A DNA stretch of 64,000 nucleotides from Thermodesulfobacteriota bacterium (GCA_963422265.1 OY729416.1:1184001-1248000); one strand, 5' to 3'. Counted from the first letter of the stretch, positions 51,881 to 62,769 are shown. Made by a program: numbers and translations. Notes: generated from the sequence alone by a model not told the origin.

Positions 51881-52660
51881 ATGTCCGCAGCCTCTGACAC
51901 CATACTTATAATACCGATAAAAAAAATACCCGAAATCAAACCCGATGATGATATTGCTAGGATTATAATTCAAGCAATATCATCACAAAATCTCTCAATA
52001 CTAGATGGAGACGTATTGGTATTAGCCCAGAAGATAATATCCAAATCCGAGGGACGAATTGTTGACTTAAACGAAATAAAACCTTCACCCTTCGCTCTCA
52101 CCCTTTCAAAAGAAATAAGTAAAGACCCACGCCTAGTAGAGGTAATTTTAGGCGAGACTACAAAGATAATAAAAATGGATCAAAGGAAAGCTGATAAGGG
52201 CAGATTAATAGTGGAAACCCGCGGGGGCGTAATCTCTGCAAATGCGGGGGTTGACGCCTCAAACGTGCCGGGAGACGACACTGTGACGCTATTGCCAGTT
52301 GACTCAGACAAATCGGCAGCTAGTCTCGCCGATAAATTCAAAGAGTTATTGGGGTTTGACGTAGCAATAATAGTTACTGACACCGTAGGTAGGCCTTGGC
52401 GCGAAGGGCTTGTGGATATAGCAATAGGATGCTCTGGGATAAAACCCTTAAAAAACTATAGGGGATTAAAAGACGCAAAGGGTCATGAACTAACCGCGAC
52501 GGAGATGGCAGTAGCGGACGAGATCGCTTCCGCAGCGGGTCTTGTGATGGAAAAGGCAGGCTCCTTACCAGCGGTTATTGTAAGGGGTTACAGATATGAA
52601 AATAGTATCGGAGATGCAAAAGAGATGATTAGAAAAGCCGAAGAGGATCTATTTCGCTAA
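51881..52660 (+). CDS. cofE: Coenzyme F420-0:L-glutamate ligase
   Basis: QKIISKSEGR, ANAGVDASN, DTVGRPWREG, ADEIASAA, DLFR. Confidence 0.93.
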   Translation: MSAASDTILIIPIKKIPEIKPDDDIARIIIQAISSQNLSILDGDVLVLAQKIISKSEGRIVDLNEIKPSPFALTLSKEISKDPRLVEVILGETTKIIKMDQRKADKGRLIVETRGGVISANAGVDASNVPGDDTVTLLPVDSDKSAASLADKFKELLGFDVAIIVTDTVGRPWREGLVDIAIGCSGIKPLKNYRGLKDAKGHELTATEMAVADEIASAAGLVMEKAGSLPAVIVRGYRYENSIGDAKEMIRKAEEDLFR

Positions 52661-52707
52661 CTGACCAAGCAAGTTCTTCCACATAACTGAAAACAAGATT
52701 TCGCATT

Positions 52708-53391
52708 ATGCCCAAACCACCTGAAGAAACATTCGTTAAAATAGCCCATAGGGGAGCAAGCGCTTATGAGCCGGAGAATACAATCCGCTCATTTAAGAGA
52801 GCCATAGAGATGAAGGCTGATATGATTGAGTTTGACGTCCGAAAGTGCCTAGATGGACACATGGTAGTCATACATGACAATAAGGTTGATCGGACTACTA
52901 ATGGAACGGGGCTTGTCAGCAAGAAAACGCTTTCTGAGCTTAAAGGTCTTGACGCTGGAATGGGCGAGAAGGTTCCCACTCTTGAAGAAGCCCTAGAATT
53001 TGGGAAAGGAAAGACAAAATTTGTCATAGAATTGAAAGAAGACGGCACTGAGGGTAATGTGGTTAATCTCATTAAAGACTATGGATTGATCGAGGACGTA
53101 TTCATAGTTTCATTTAAGGTAAAGCGTTTGAAAGTGGTTAAGGGATTAGAACCATTGTTAAAAACGGGACTAATTTTATTTGCTTCTCTCTACCCTGCGA
53201 CGCTAGCTAAAGCATGTGGAGCTGACGCGGTAGCGCCGTTTCATTGGTTTATAACGAAAGGACTTATCAAAAAGGCTCGCAATAATGGATTATATCTATT
53301 TGGATGGACAGTGGATAGTATGGAGAAGGCTCAGCATCTTAAAGACATGGGTGTAAATGGGATCGTTACCAATAAACCTGATCTGATCTAA
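52708..53391 (+). CDS. Glycerophosphodiester phosphodiesterase
   Basis: IAHRGAS, PENT, IEFDV, HD, IELK, WTVD, GIVTNKP. Confidence 0.95.
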   Translation: MPKPPEETFVKIAHRGASAYEPENTIRSFKRAIEMKADMIEFDVRKCLDGHMVVIHDNKVDRTTNGTGLVSKKTLSELKGLDAGMGEKVPTLEEALEFGKGKTKFVIELKEDGTEGNVVNLIKDYGLIEDVFIVSFKVKRLKVVKGLEPLLKTGLILFASLYPATLAKACGADAVAPFHWFITKGLIKKARNNGLYLFGWTVDSMEKAQHLKDMGVNGIVTNKPDLI

Positions 53392-53761
53392 ATTTGAATC
53401 AGGCTAACCTAGCATTTCCGTTACACGTTATAAAAGCGACGAACACCTTAAGCATCTCAATACCTTCAAAAAAGTAAATCCCATAGCGCATACACTTAAA
53501 AGATGCTAGTTTCCAGAAAAGATTCTCAGGGCGATGTCTTTATGATGGCTCAATTTGTAAAATATCTATACTATTAGAGATTCAAAAATCCATAACTCCG
53601 TAGGGAACGCATATATCCTTCTCAATAAAGTTGATAATTAGTAGAGTTTCCGTTAGCTTAGCTGTTATTGAGAAACAGAGCCTAAACTGATATATACCTT
53701 TAGACAACGCAGGTTTAACGGCGATTCATTTAAGAGTAAAGAATAAGGGGGGGGAAGCGCT

Positions 53762-55465
53762 TTGAAAAAAAAATCCAACAAAGATGAAAACGGCAATCCT
53801 AGAAAATATTCCTCTATAGTTGTTGAGGGGATAAATAGAGCGCCGAACAGATCTATGTTAAGAGCGGTTGGGTTTAAGGACAAAGATTTCAAAAAGTCAG
53901 TCGTGGGGATTGCTTCTACCTGGAGTATGGTTACTCCCTGCAACATGCACATAGACAAGCTTGCCCTGCAAGCGGGTCAGGGAGTTGATAAGTCAGGTGG
54001 CAAATCAATTGTTTTTAATACTATTACAGTGTCCGACGGTATTTCAATGGGCACTCCTGGCATGAGGTACTCACTAGTTTCAAGAGAGGTAATAGCCGAT
54101 TCAATTGAGACAGTAGCCGCCGCCGAGGGATTTGACGGGCTCATTTCCATTGGAGGATGCGATAAAAATATGCCGGGATGCCTGATGGCGATGTGCAGGC
54201 TTAACCGTCCTTCTGTGTTCGTATATGGAGGGACTATCATGCCCGGAAACTATCAAGGTAAATCTATAGACGTAGTTTCGGTTTTCGAAGCCGTCGGGGC
54301 ATACGCCAATAAAGATATTTCAGAAAATCAGCTAAAAGCAATTGAATCCAGCGCTATACCGGGACCAGGTTCATGCGGCGGCATGTACACCGCCAATACT
54401 ATGGCATCCGCAATAGAAGCGCTCGGAATGAGCTTGCCCAACAGCTCCGCCCAGATTGCAATATCCTCAGAGAAAATAAACGACTGCACAAGCGCTGGCG
54501 CCGCCGTTATGAATTTAATTAAAAACAACATCAAGCCTAGCGACATCATGACAAGGAAAGCGTTTGAAAACGCCATAACGGTCGTAATAGCCTTGGGTGG
54601 TTCTACTAACGCAGTCCTTCATTTGCTGGCAATAGCCAGCGCCGCTAACGTAAAACTCACAATTGACGACTTTACCCGAATTGGCAAGAAATCCCCCGTT
54701 CTTGCTGACCTAAAACCGAGCGGAAGATACATGATGGCTGATTTTTGCGAAATTGGTGGAATTACTCCACTATTAAAAATGCTTCTTCAGTCGGGTCTAT
54801 TGCATGGCGACTGCATGACCGTAACTGGTAAAACGGTCGAAGAAAACTTAGAATCAGTGCGCTCCTACCCAAAGGGACAGAAGATTGTCACACCCATAAA
54901 AAAGCCTCTTAAAAAAGATAGCCACATCTTAATATTGAGGGGAAATCTAGCACTGGAGGGGGCTGTAGCAAAAATTACTGGGCAAGAAGGGTTTTCCTTT
55001 ACGGGAAAAGCTATAGTCTTTAATTCAGAAGAGCAGTGCTTAAAAGCCATACTGGAAGGCAGAGTAAAAAGGGGACACGTTATAGTTGTTCGCTATGAAG
55101 GACCTAGGGGAGGACCTGGTATGCGGGAGATGCTTGCCCCCACCTCCGCTATAATGGGTAAGGGATTGGGTAATGACGTAGCTCTTATTACAGATGGTAG
55201 ATTCTCAGGTGGAACGCATGGTTTTGCAGTTGGTCACATTACGCCGGAAGCGATAGATGGCGGAGTTATTGCAATCGTAAAAAATGGGGACGTTATTACT
55301 ATTGACGCCGTAAAACGTGAAATTAGCCTACAGGTTTCTGAATCAGAGATTGACAAGAGGTTGGATCTATGGAAAAAGCCAAAACCAAGAGAGAAGAGCG
55401 GGGCGCTTGCCAAATACGCTAGGCTCGTTTCGTCAGCCTCACTTGGAGCAGTGACCGATAAATGA
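53762..55465 (+). CDS. ilvD: Dihydroxy-acid dehydratase
   Basis: [54 protein letters not shown]. Confidence 0.98.
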   Translation: MKKKSNKDENGNPRKYSSIVVEGINRAPNRSMLRAVGFKDKDFKKSVVGIASTWSMVTPCNMHIDKLALQAGQGVDKSGGKSIVFNTITVSDGISMGTPGMRYSLVSREVIADSIETVAAAEGFDGLISIGGCDKNMPGCLMAMCRLNRPSVFVYGGTIMPGNYQGKSIDVVSVFEAVGAYANKDISENQLKAIESSAIPGPGSCGGMYTANTMASAIEALGMSLPNSSAQIAISSEKINDCTSAGAAVMNLIKNNIKPSDIMTRKAFENAITVVIALGGSTNAVLHLLAIASAANVKLTIDDFTRIGKKSPVLADLKPSGRYMMADFCEIGGITPLLKMLLQSGLLHGDCMTVTGKTVEENLESVRSYPKGQKIVTPIKKPLKKDSHILILRGNLALEGAVAKITGQEGFSFTGKAIVFNSEEQCLKAILEGRVKRGHVIVVRYEGPRGGPGMREMLAPTSAIMGKGLGNDVALITDGRFSGGTHGFAVGHITPEAIDGGVIAIVKNGDVITIDAVKREISLQVSESEIDKRLDLWKKPKPREKSGALAKYARLVSSASLGAVTDK

Positions 55466-55504
55466 TAAGGCGCTAGGCTGTTAAATACCTATCTCTCTAA
55501 AGAA

Positions 55505-55588
55505 TGTAATCATGGCTTCATATTGCTTTAATTACTAACAAGAAATTCACTCTACGTTCAAAACTGCTTAATAAGCAATTTATATTAT
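55505..55588 (+). promoter_or_regulatory. Pho-box-like 11-bp periodic repeats plus -10
   Basis: TGTAAT/CTTCAT/TTTAAT (55505-55532) and ATTCAC/GTTCAA/CTTAAT (55545-55572), each at 11-bp period; TATTAT lies 10 nt after the last unit. Confidence 0.55.
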
Positions 55589-55597
55589 TGTATTGTT

Positions 55598-56254
55598 GTG
55601 GATATGGATAAGAGCTCCTACACGAGAGAAAGCAGTACTTTTAGCGGGATTTATACCTTTATAGCACAGGACCGTTGGTTTAATAAAACAGCCCGGTTTA
55701 TCTCTAACCTATGCAGTCCACCGATCATCGCTCTGATGGCTGCCCTGGTTACGGCGCTTACAATTAACACCGAGTCGGCTTGGTTATGGACCTTAGCTTA
55801 CGCAGGCACGGCTATTTTACTCCCCACGATTTATATACTAATTCTATTAAAACGCGGAGCAATAAGTGGGTTCCATTTGAACGAGAGAAAGGAGCGAACC
55901 AAACCTCTGGCCGTGATTTCAATAAATACGGCTTTGATATTTTTGATAATGGTCTTTGCAGGCGCCCCCAAGCTTATTCTCTTAATAATGGCTACTAGCA
56001 TAATACAATTGCTTTTAATCCTGGCAATTACGCAGCGCTGGAAAATCAGTGGTCACTGCACGGCTGCTGCAAGCCTTGCGGCTTACGCTATTGCTCTTTA
56101 TGGAACAGACCTTACTCCGTTAGCTCTTCTCGTCCCACTTATAGCATGGTCACGGATAAAATTAAACCGCCACAGCCTGGCACAGACAATAGCAGGAACT
56201 TTACTCGGCGCTGTCACTGTAACCTTCATGCTCTACACAACAAATGCTATTTGA
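55598..56254 (+). CDS. PAP2-superfamily-related membrane protein
   Basis: Six to seven TM segments; WKISGH and WSRIKLNRHSLAQTIAG (PAP2 C2/C3-like motifs). Confidence 0.75.
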   Translation: MDMDKSSYTRESSTFSGIYTFIAQDRWFNKTARFISNLCSPPIIALMAALVTALTINTESAWLWTLAYAGTAILLPTIYILILLKRGAISGFHLNERKERTKPLAVISINTALIFLIMVFAGAPKLILLIMATSIIQLLLILAITQRWKISGHCTAAASLAAYAIALYGTDLTPLALLVPLIAWSRIKLNRHSLAQTIAGTLLGAVTVTFMLYTTNAI

Positions 56255-56311
56255 AGAGAATTGACAATAAGCCTCTGAATTCATAATTACGTATAGTAAA
56301 AAGGATCAATT

Positions 56312-57170
56312 ATGAAAATAATGCTGGCCACGGACGCATGGAATCCCCAGATAAACGGCGTTACAAATACCTGGACATATATCCTCTATCCTCAATCTTA
56401 TTAGAAAGGATCATGAGGTTTATGTATTGAATCCTTACGTCAATGGAGCAGAGCAACTTCCTATTAAGCTCCAGGGGAACATTCCTCTCGTAAAAAACGC
56501 ATTATATATAGGCAAGAAGGCATTACGAGAAGTTTATGCCAGAAAGAATACTTATAAGCTACGGAAAGGTAGTATGGGTATTGCTATGAGGCGATTTTGC
56601 AGGGAGAATAAAATCAATTACAACACGTCGTATCATAAAAGCCTTGCGGAATATGGATGGGTTCTATACGGCATACCTAAGTTCCTCACATGGTTCTACG
56701 TGAGGTGGTTTCACAGATGCAGCAGCAAGATTGTAGTAACTACAAAGAGCATTGCCAAGCAATTGGCTCTAAAGAACTCCGTAGTTTGGGGAAGAGGGGT
56801 TGATACGCAACTTTTCAACCCGACCACCCGACAAAGAATACCTCATGAGAGGACAATTATCACAGTAGGCAGGGTAGGTAAAGATAAAAACCTGGACGAT
56901 TTCTGCAAAATATCCGGTTATAAGAAGATAGTCGTAGGAGATGAACCCTACCTTAAAACGCTAAAATCAAAATACAAGGACGTGGAGTTCACGGGCTATA
57001 TTCCGCGCATAGTGCAACATGGAATAACTGGCTTTCTAGGTGATAATATAGACGAAAATATCGAGCTCGCCTTTGATAACCTAGATGAAATATCGCACAA
57101 TGCCCTAAAATACGCCAAGTCTCAGAACTGGCAACCAATTGCAGATCAATTCGTTAGTCACTTGGCGTGA
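56312..57170 (+). pseudogene. GT4 glycosyltransferase (Agt-like glycolipid synthase family), disrupted
   Basis: MKIMLATDAWNPQINGV start; a 7-bp tandem duplication TATCCTC (56380-56393) shifts the frame; RGVD and VGRVGKDKNL present; the FPS...E-X7-E segment is missing after FTGYIP. Confidence 0.85.
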
Positions 57171-57242
57171 ACCCCTATTCCTATAGTTGACCGTTATAAT
57201 CATTCCCAGCTTGCCTAGTATTGAAAAAAGACTTTCAACAAT

Positions 57243-57275
57243 AACCATGCGATATTAACGCGATCTTAACATTAT
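57243..57275 (+). promoter_or_regulatory. Pho-box-like direct repeats
   Basis: AACCAT-gcgat-ATTAAC-gcgat-CTTAAC at 11-bp period. Confidence 0.5.
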
Positions 57276-57335
57276 TGTGGCATATATGTTAAGGGAAAAA
57301 CAACAATCTTATTAGGAGTAAGTAGGAGTAATAGA

Positions 57336-57753
57336 ATGAATACAGAAATGCTTAAAGCCCCATTAATCTATAACCAATTTAAAACTCTCATTGCGACATC
57401 GAAGACGTTATATAAATACCGGGAGCGAAGCTGAATTGGCATCGTTGAGAAGCGACATAGCGTCTCTCAAGCTAGAAATTGATAGTGCTTTAGAAGACAT
57501 TAACAACGGAGACGACGCAAATTATTTAACTGCTCTAAAGCTGATACTTCTAATCATCCAGAAATTTACTCAGTCCATTCAGCTAATGAGCAACTTGAAA
57601 TTCAGAGAACCTTTATGCCAGGGATTTGACCCGCAACAAATGCTTGACATCCTGCTTCCTAATATTAAAAATCTAATAGATTACGAAAATTGGACAAACA
57701 AACCTAAACACGAAGAAATTAAAGCAAGATTATCTCCTAACAGAATCCCTTGA
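57336..57753 (+). pseudogene. Frameshifted hypothetical protein
   Basis: ATG 57336 has an AGGAG SD but stops early; the helical-looking ORF 57391..57753 is in another frame. Confidence 0.45.
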
Positions 57754-57934
57754 GGATCAATATAGAAGGGTTCTTCTTACTTACCTGATTCAGAAGTGGC
57801 ACAACATAGATGAAGTATTGAACTTATTGAAAATCAGGGAATTATACAAAAAAATCGCGGAGGAGCTAGTAATCTTCTCCGTTTTATCAGGCTACTTGCA
57901 AAACATAAATACCAGTAAACAGGAAATGCCTGAG

Positions 57935-58921
57935 TCATCTTAAACTGTAAAGAATATCCTCTACTATATCGTCTATATTGTTCCCATAGTCGGCTTTATA
58001 TATAAAAGATGACTCAACCCATTTACTTAAAATTTCAACAAAATCGCCCCCAATTTTTCTTACGACTGGGACACCTAACCTTTTCAAAGCTTCAGCGTTA
58101 CACTCCTGTTCGTATTGCCTCTTCATAGGAATTACCATTAGCTTTTTCCTCATATAAATCGCTTCAGAAGGCGTTTCAAAGCCCGCGTTACATAGTATTC
58201 CTTCGCAAGTAGAAAGGCTTCTCACAAATTCGCGGTTTCCAACGGGACAAACAGTAACGTTGTCCTCTGAATAAGGTTCTTGCTTATGGTGTTTTGAGAA
58301 TACCTCCCAGCGAACGTCCACGTTCTTTAGCAAGCTGCACAAAAATCTTTCATCATAGGAGGGTAAATACACAGTGTAATGACCATTATTTCGCACGGGT
58401 GCATTCCTGATTTCCTCTCTTATAATGGGCTTATGAATAAAACCATCATATCTCTCAAAGTGCAGTCCTATCGATCTTGAACCGGGGGCGTACCACTTTA
58501 TTATTAGCTCTTGAAAGTGATTAACGTTAGTTGGCCTCGGAATTTTAGTAGATAAGAAAGCCGCCTGATGCGATATGGCTAGGCTAGGCATACCTTTGGC
58601 TTTCGCCGCCCATGCCGTTATAGGTTCAAAATCAGTTAATACCAAATCATATTTATCTATAGGCAGTTTGTATATGTCAGAAATTAACCTATATGGGCTA
58701 AAGCTTTTTATAGACTTCCAGTAATCAATCCCACCCCTTTTACCAAATATAAATCCAAGCCCGTCAAGTCTGTAGTTAGCCTGAAAGCCAAGGTCTACTT
58801 CATGGTGAATACCGCTTAAAAGCACATCAACATCAACGTGATTAACAAGGTGTTTTATTAACTCCCTTGACCTGGATATATGTCCATTCCCCGTCCCCTG
58901 AACTCCTAACAAAATCCTCAT
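57935..58921 (-). CDS. MJ1255/VC2487 family glycosyltransferase
   Basis: GVQGTGNGHISRS, DFEPITAWAA, SHQ, VYLP, NAGFETPSEA, QYEQECNA. Confidence 0.9.
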   Translation of the reverse strand: MRILLGVQGTGNGHISRSRELIKHLVNHVDVDVLLSGIHHEVDLGFQANYRLDGLGFIFGKRGGIDYWKSIKSFSPYRLISDIYKLPIDKYDLVLTDFEPITAWAAKAKGMPSLAISHQAAFLSTKIPRPTNVNHFQELIIKWYAPGSRSIGLHFERYDGFIHKPIIREEIRNAPVRNNGHYTVYLPSYDERFLCSLLKNVDVRWEVFSKHHKQEPYSEDNVTVCPVGNREFVRSLSTCEGILCNAGFETPSEAIYMRKKLMVIPMKRQYEQECNAEALKRLGVPVVRKIGGDFVEILSKWVESSFIYKADYGNNIDDIVEDILYSLR

Positions 58922-58939
58922 AATGAAATCAAAGTTAGC

Positions 58940-58983
58940 ATGATACTTTCACGTTATGAAGTAACGGTTAAAAGAGTATTAAC
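58940..58983 (-). promoter_or_regulatory. Pho-box-like repeats plus -10 for the MJ1255-family GT
   Basis: Minus strand GTTAAT-n5-TTTAAC-n5-CTTCAT, then exactly 10 nt, then TATCAT. Confidence 0.65.
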
Positions 58984-59012
58984 TTCTCGTATATTCTAAG
59001 CCTATCAAAACG

Positions 59013-59056
59013 ATAAACAAAAACTTAACGAAGTTTTCACACGGCGTGAATAATAT
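59013..59056 (+). promoter_or_regulatory. Pho-box-like repeats plus -10 for the olsB-like gene
   Basis: ATAAAC-n5-CTTAAC-n5-TTTCAC, then exactly 10 nt, then TAATAT. Confidence 0.6.
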
Positions 59057-59091
59057 AACTGTATATGAGTTTACCATACATTCACGAGGAG

Positions 59092-59967
59092 ATGATGATG
59101 CTTTCAAAAACAGCCCTATCCTTAAAAGATACCGTGTCAAACGCTAATATGGTGAAACGGGTGCTCATTTGGAAAATCAGAAAATTTCAATTTACATTGA
59201 TACCAGGAGATTCTTAATCAAGACGGCGGAAAATAGCCAGAAACTCGAGGGAGCCCTTGATCTTAGATATGACGTATTCTATAAAGAATCACTAAACAAA
59301 GACAATTTTACTAAGATAGACGTTGACAAATTTGACCTCATTTGCGACCACCTAATCATTATAGACAAAAAACTAGATAGCATCGCAGGAACCTATAGAT
59401 TAATTTCATCTACGTTCTCAGACAAATTTTACTCCGAAACAGAGTTTTTAATTGATCATACCAAAACGGCTAAAGGCATCAAGGTCGAGCTTGGTAGGGC
59501 ATGCGTGCACAAGAACTATAGAAAAGGCACTGTGTTATCGCCTTGTTATGGAAAGGGATGTCAGAGTATATAAAAGCAGTGCGAGCTAAATATTTCTTCG
59601 GATGCTCAAGCATAAACATAACTAACGCGCTTGAAGTTGGGCTTATCTACAAACATGTTAAAGATCTTTACATATCTAAAGATAGCCTAAGGGTATATCC
59701 AAAAAACAAATACAGGATAGTGGATATCCTACCTATTTGTATAAAATACAAAGCTGTAAACGGAGATAAAATAAGTTCGCGTAACAAGGACTTGATTTTC
59801 TACTACGGAGATATAAAGTTTCTAAGCATTTTTTTGAGCTATTATCGGTAAAATCCATTGACGTTAAGTTATCATTTCTCCAAAGAATTAACTTAGAATC
59901 CGTAGTATCGCGTAAGGAGTTAGCCATATCCGCTCATAGCGTTATAAGAGCTGCATACGCTGGCTGA
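59092..59967 (+). pseudogene. OlsB-like GNAT N-acyltransferase joined to the tail of a lysophospholipid acyltransferase, disrupted
   Basis: LRYDVF, DKFDLICDHL, GTYRL, FYSETEF, VELGRACVHKNYR, LLWKG, FGCSS; then an abrupt switch to ILPICIKY...FYYGD...RKELA. At least three frameshifts. Confidence 0.8.
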
Positions 59968-59982
59968 ACCAAGAATACACAG

Positions 59983-60990
59983 TCAGTTTATAAACATTGA
60001 ATCCCCATAGCTTAAAAACCTGTAATCTTTTTCCCTCGCCTCATTATAAGCTTGGATAGTAATCTCATGACCTGCGAACGCTGAAACAAGCATTAAAAGG
60101 GTAGAACAGGGTAGATGAAGATTTGTAATTAAACCACCAATCACCCTAAACTGAAACCCGGGCGTAATAAAAAGATTTGTTCTTCCAGAAACTGGCGCAA
60201 CGTAGCCATTCTCGTCTGCCGAAGACTCCAATGCTCTTACAACAGTCGTACCTACCGCAATAACCCGCCTTCCCTCCCGTTTAGCTCTATTAATCGCTCC
60301 TGCAACTTCATTCGTAATATTTTTGTATTCTCCGTGCATCCTGTGACGCTCAATTGCATCAGTTTTAACCGGCGCAAAAGTGCCTACCCCTACATGAAGA
60401 GTAATGAACCTTACTTCCGTTCCTTTCCGCTTTATTTGATCCAAGAGATCGGGGGTAAAATGAAGCCCCGCCGTGGGAGCGGCGACTGCGCCTTCGCACT
60501 CAGCGTAAATAGTTTGATACGAAACTTTATCGGCTTCACTAACCTCGCGCTTTATGTAAGGTGGAAGAGGAATTCTACCTATAAGGTCCAGCTTATCATC
60601 TACAACGTCGTTGAACTGAACCGTCCATTCATCTTTACCGCGTAGCATCAACTTACCTGCAATACCCTGACTAAACTCAACCTCCATGCCATTCTTGGGT
60701 CTCCTAGCTAAACATTTCCACTCAGTTTCGTTTAACTTTTCTATTAGTAAAATCTCGATTGAGCCAGATGATTTCTTACTACCTATGAGTCTAGCGGGAA
60801 TGACTTTCGTATTATTTAGAACAACTAAGTCGTCTGAACTAAGTAGATCGGGAAGCTCAAAGAAGCGCTTATGCTCAATACTCGCTTTATTCCTATTGAC
60901 AACCATTAACTTAGACTTGTGTCTTTCAGAAAGCGGGTAATAAGCTATATTTCGCTCAGGAAGATAATAGTGAAAGTCTGACGTTTTCAT
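59983..60990 (-). CDS. queA: tRNA preQ1 S-adenosylmethionine ribosyltransferase-isomerase
   Basis: NNTKVIPAR, PLPPYI, YQT, AAPTAGLHF, LHVGVGTF, VGTT, FLSYGD. Confidence 0.98.
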   Translation of the reverse strand: MKTSDFHYYLPERNIAYYPLSERHKSKLMVVNRNKASIEHKRFFELPDLLSSDDLVVLNNTKVIPARLIGSKKSSGSIEILLIEKLNETEWKCLARRPKNGMEVEFSQGIAGKLMLRGKDEWTVQFNDVVDDKLDLIGRIPLPPYIKREVSEADKVSYQTIYAECEGAVAAPTAGLHFTPDLLDQIKRKGTEVRFITLHVGVGTFAPVKTDAIERHRMHGEYKNITNEVAGAINRAKREGRRVIAVGTTVVRALESSADENGYVAPVSGRTNLFITPGFQFRVIGGLITNLHLPCSTLLMLVSAFAGHEITIQAYNEAREKDYRFLSYGDSMFIN

Positions 60991-61034
60991 ATAGACAGTA
61001 TCTTCTCTATAATATCCTCACCCTGACCTGCAGG

Positions 61035-62240
61035 TTACCCTTTTTTATCAAAGAGCTTCTGAACGGAAAGCCTAAGGGCGTTTAGTTTTATGAATCCTGT
61101 AGCATGAGACTGGTTATATACGTCGTCCTTCTCAAAGGTAGCCAAATCTTCGCGGTAAAGGGAATAAGGCGAGCGTCTGCCGGCAATTATGACATTCCCT
61201 TTATATATCTTTAATTTTACCGTTCCAGTTACATTCTTCTGTGACGCTTCTATAGTTACACTGAGCATATCCATTTCGGGCGCATACCAAAATCCGTAAT
61301 AAATAAGCTCGGCAATTTTAGGCATCAAAGAATCCCTGAGACGCATTACTTCGCGGTCCATAGTTATTGATTCAAGAGCCCTATGAGCAGTATGCAGTAT
61401 AGTGCCTCCAGGAGTTTCATATATTCCCCTCGACTTCATCCCTACAAACCTATTTTCAACTAGATCAACCCTGCCTACGCCGTTTGAGCCTCCAACCTTA
61501 TTCAGAATGTCTAATAAGTCAGCGGGTTTTAGCTCCTTGCCATCAAGAGAAGTCGGAACGCCTTTTTCAAAACCAATGTCAACGTAAATAGGTTCATCCG
61601 GAGCTTTCTCTGGAGAAATCGTCATTTCAAACATATCCTCAGGGGGTTCTAACCACGGATCTTCAAGTATCCCACCCTCGTAGCTAATGTGCAGAAGGTT
61701 TTTATCACAGCTATATGGCTTCTCCAAGGTAACAGGGATGGGAATCCCATGTTTCGTCGCATATTCTATCAGGGAGGTCCTTGAAGTGAGATTCCATTCG
61801 CGCCAAGGAGCAATAACCTTTATATTCGGTTCAAGCGCATAGTAGGTTAGCTCGAAACGAACTTGGTCGTTCCCCTTGCCAGTGGAGCCGTGAGAAACAG
61901 CAAAAGCGTTTTCCTCCTTTGCAATCTCAATCTGTTTTTTCGCAATCAATGGACGAGCAAGAGACGTTCCCAGCAGATAAGTCCCCTCATATACGGCACC
62001 TGCCTTAATCGCCGTAAAGACAAAATCAGCAACGAACTCGTCCTTCAAATCCTCTACATATACCTTGCTCGCACCGGTCATTAATGCCTTTTGTCTTACC
62101 TCTTCTAAATCCTCTCCTTGCCCCACGTCGGCAACGTATGCAATCACGTCCGCATCATACTCTTCAGCTAACCATTTGAGAATTATAGACGTATCAAGCC
62201 CACCTGAGTAAGCAAGAACTATCTTGTCTTTTCCGTTCAT
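61035..62240 (-). CDS. argG: Argininosuccinate synthase
   Basis: [39 protein letters not shown]. Confidence 0.99.
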   Translation of the reverse strand: MNGKDKIVLAYSGGLDTSIILKWLAEEYDADVIAYVADVGQGEDLEEVRQKALMTGASKVYVEDLKDEFVADFVFTAIKAGAVYEGTYLLGTSLARPLIAKKQIEIAKEENAFAVSHGSTGKGNDQVRFELTYYALEPNIKVIAPWREWNLTSRTSLIEYATKHGIPIPVTLEKPYSCDKNLLHISYEGGILEDPWLEPPEDMFEMTISPEKAPDEPIYVDIGFEKGVPTSLDGKELKPADLLDILNKVGGSNGVGRVDLVENRFVGMKSRGIYETPGGTILHTAHRALESITMDREVMRLRDSLMPKIAELIYYGFWYAPEMDMLSVTIEASQKNVTGTVKLKIYKGNVIIAGRRSPYSLYREDLATFEKDDVYNQSHATGFIKLNALRLSVQKLFDKKG

Positions 62241-62322
62241 AATCTAGGACTCCTCCCCCTATTAAGCAGGACAATAAAAATATGGATTGTTTGGTTTGCA
62301 ATACGAAGCGGTTCAAGACAGA

Positions 62323-62769
62323 CTAGGGTTGCTCGCCTTGACCTTCCCGCTCGCTCGGCGGTCTTAAATCATGAAGATAGAACTTAGCGTCCTTCTCGTG
62401 ATAGAACTTCTCAAGCGTATATCCTATATATTCTATTTTCTCCAAATCGTCTCCCATATAGGACGCTTTTTTTACCTCGTCTGACAACTTAAAGTCAATG
62501 GGAATATCCTTGGAAGGACTTTCATGGCAAACAAATCTTAATCTTATATCCTTTTGAGGTTGAAAGTTTTTCGGAGTCGCGAAGCCTACTGACATTTTGG
62601 CGTTAATAATTTCAAAGATTAAAAGCCTGACAATGCTATTGCCTATACCCTCGGTACCTCCTCCTACTTCAAATGTATAAGCATAATAGTCAACCGCCTG
62701 ACCTTTTTCATTGAGAGAATTTAAGTACCAATAGTCTTCTGAATCTACCCAACACAGTATCTGAAGCAT
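62323..62769 (-). CDS. Hypothetical protein (148 aa)
   Basis: ATG after GGGGG; co-oriented within the rluD-pgeF-argG-queA run; no recognised motif. Confidence 0.75.
   Translation of the reverse strand: MLQILCWVDSEDYWYLNSLNEKGQAVDYYAYTFEVGGGTEGIGNSIVRLLIFEIINAKMSVGFATPKNFQPQKDIRLRFVCHESPSKDIPIDFKLSDEVKKASYMGDDLEKIEYIGYTLEKFYHEKDAKFYLHDLRPPSEREGQGEQP

Noticed and set aside
53529..53552. Fluoride riboswitch-like GGCGATG...TGATGGCTC
   Set aside because: The two motifs are too close to form the aptamer, and the downstream gene is ilvD.
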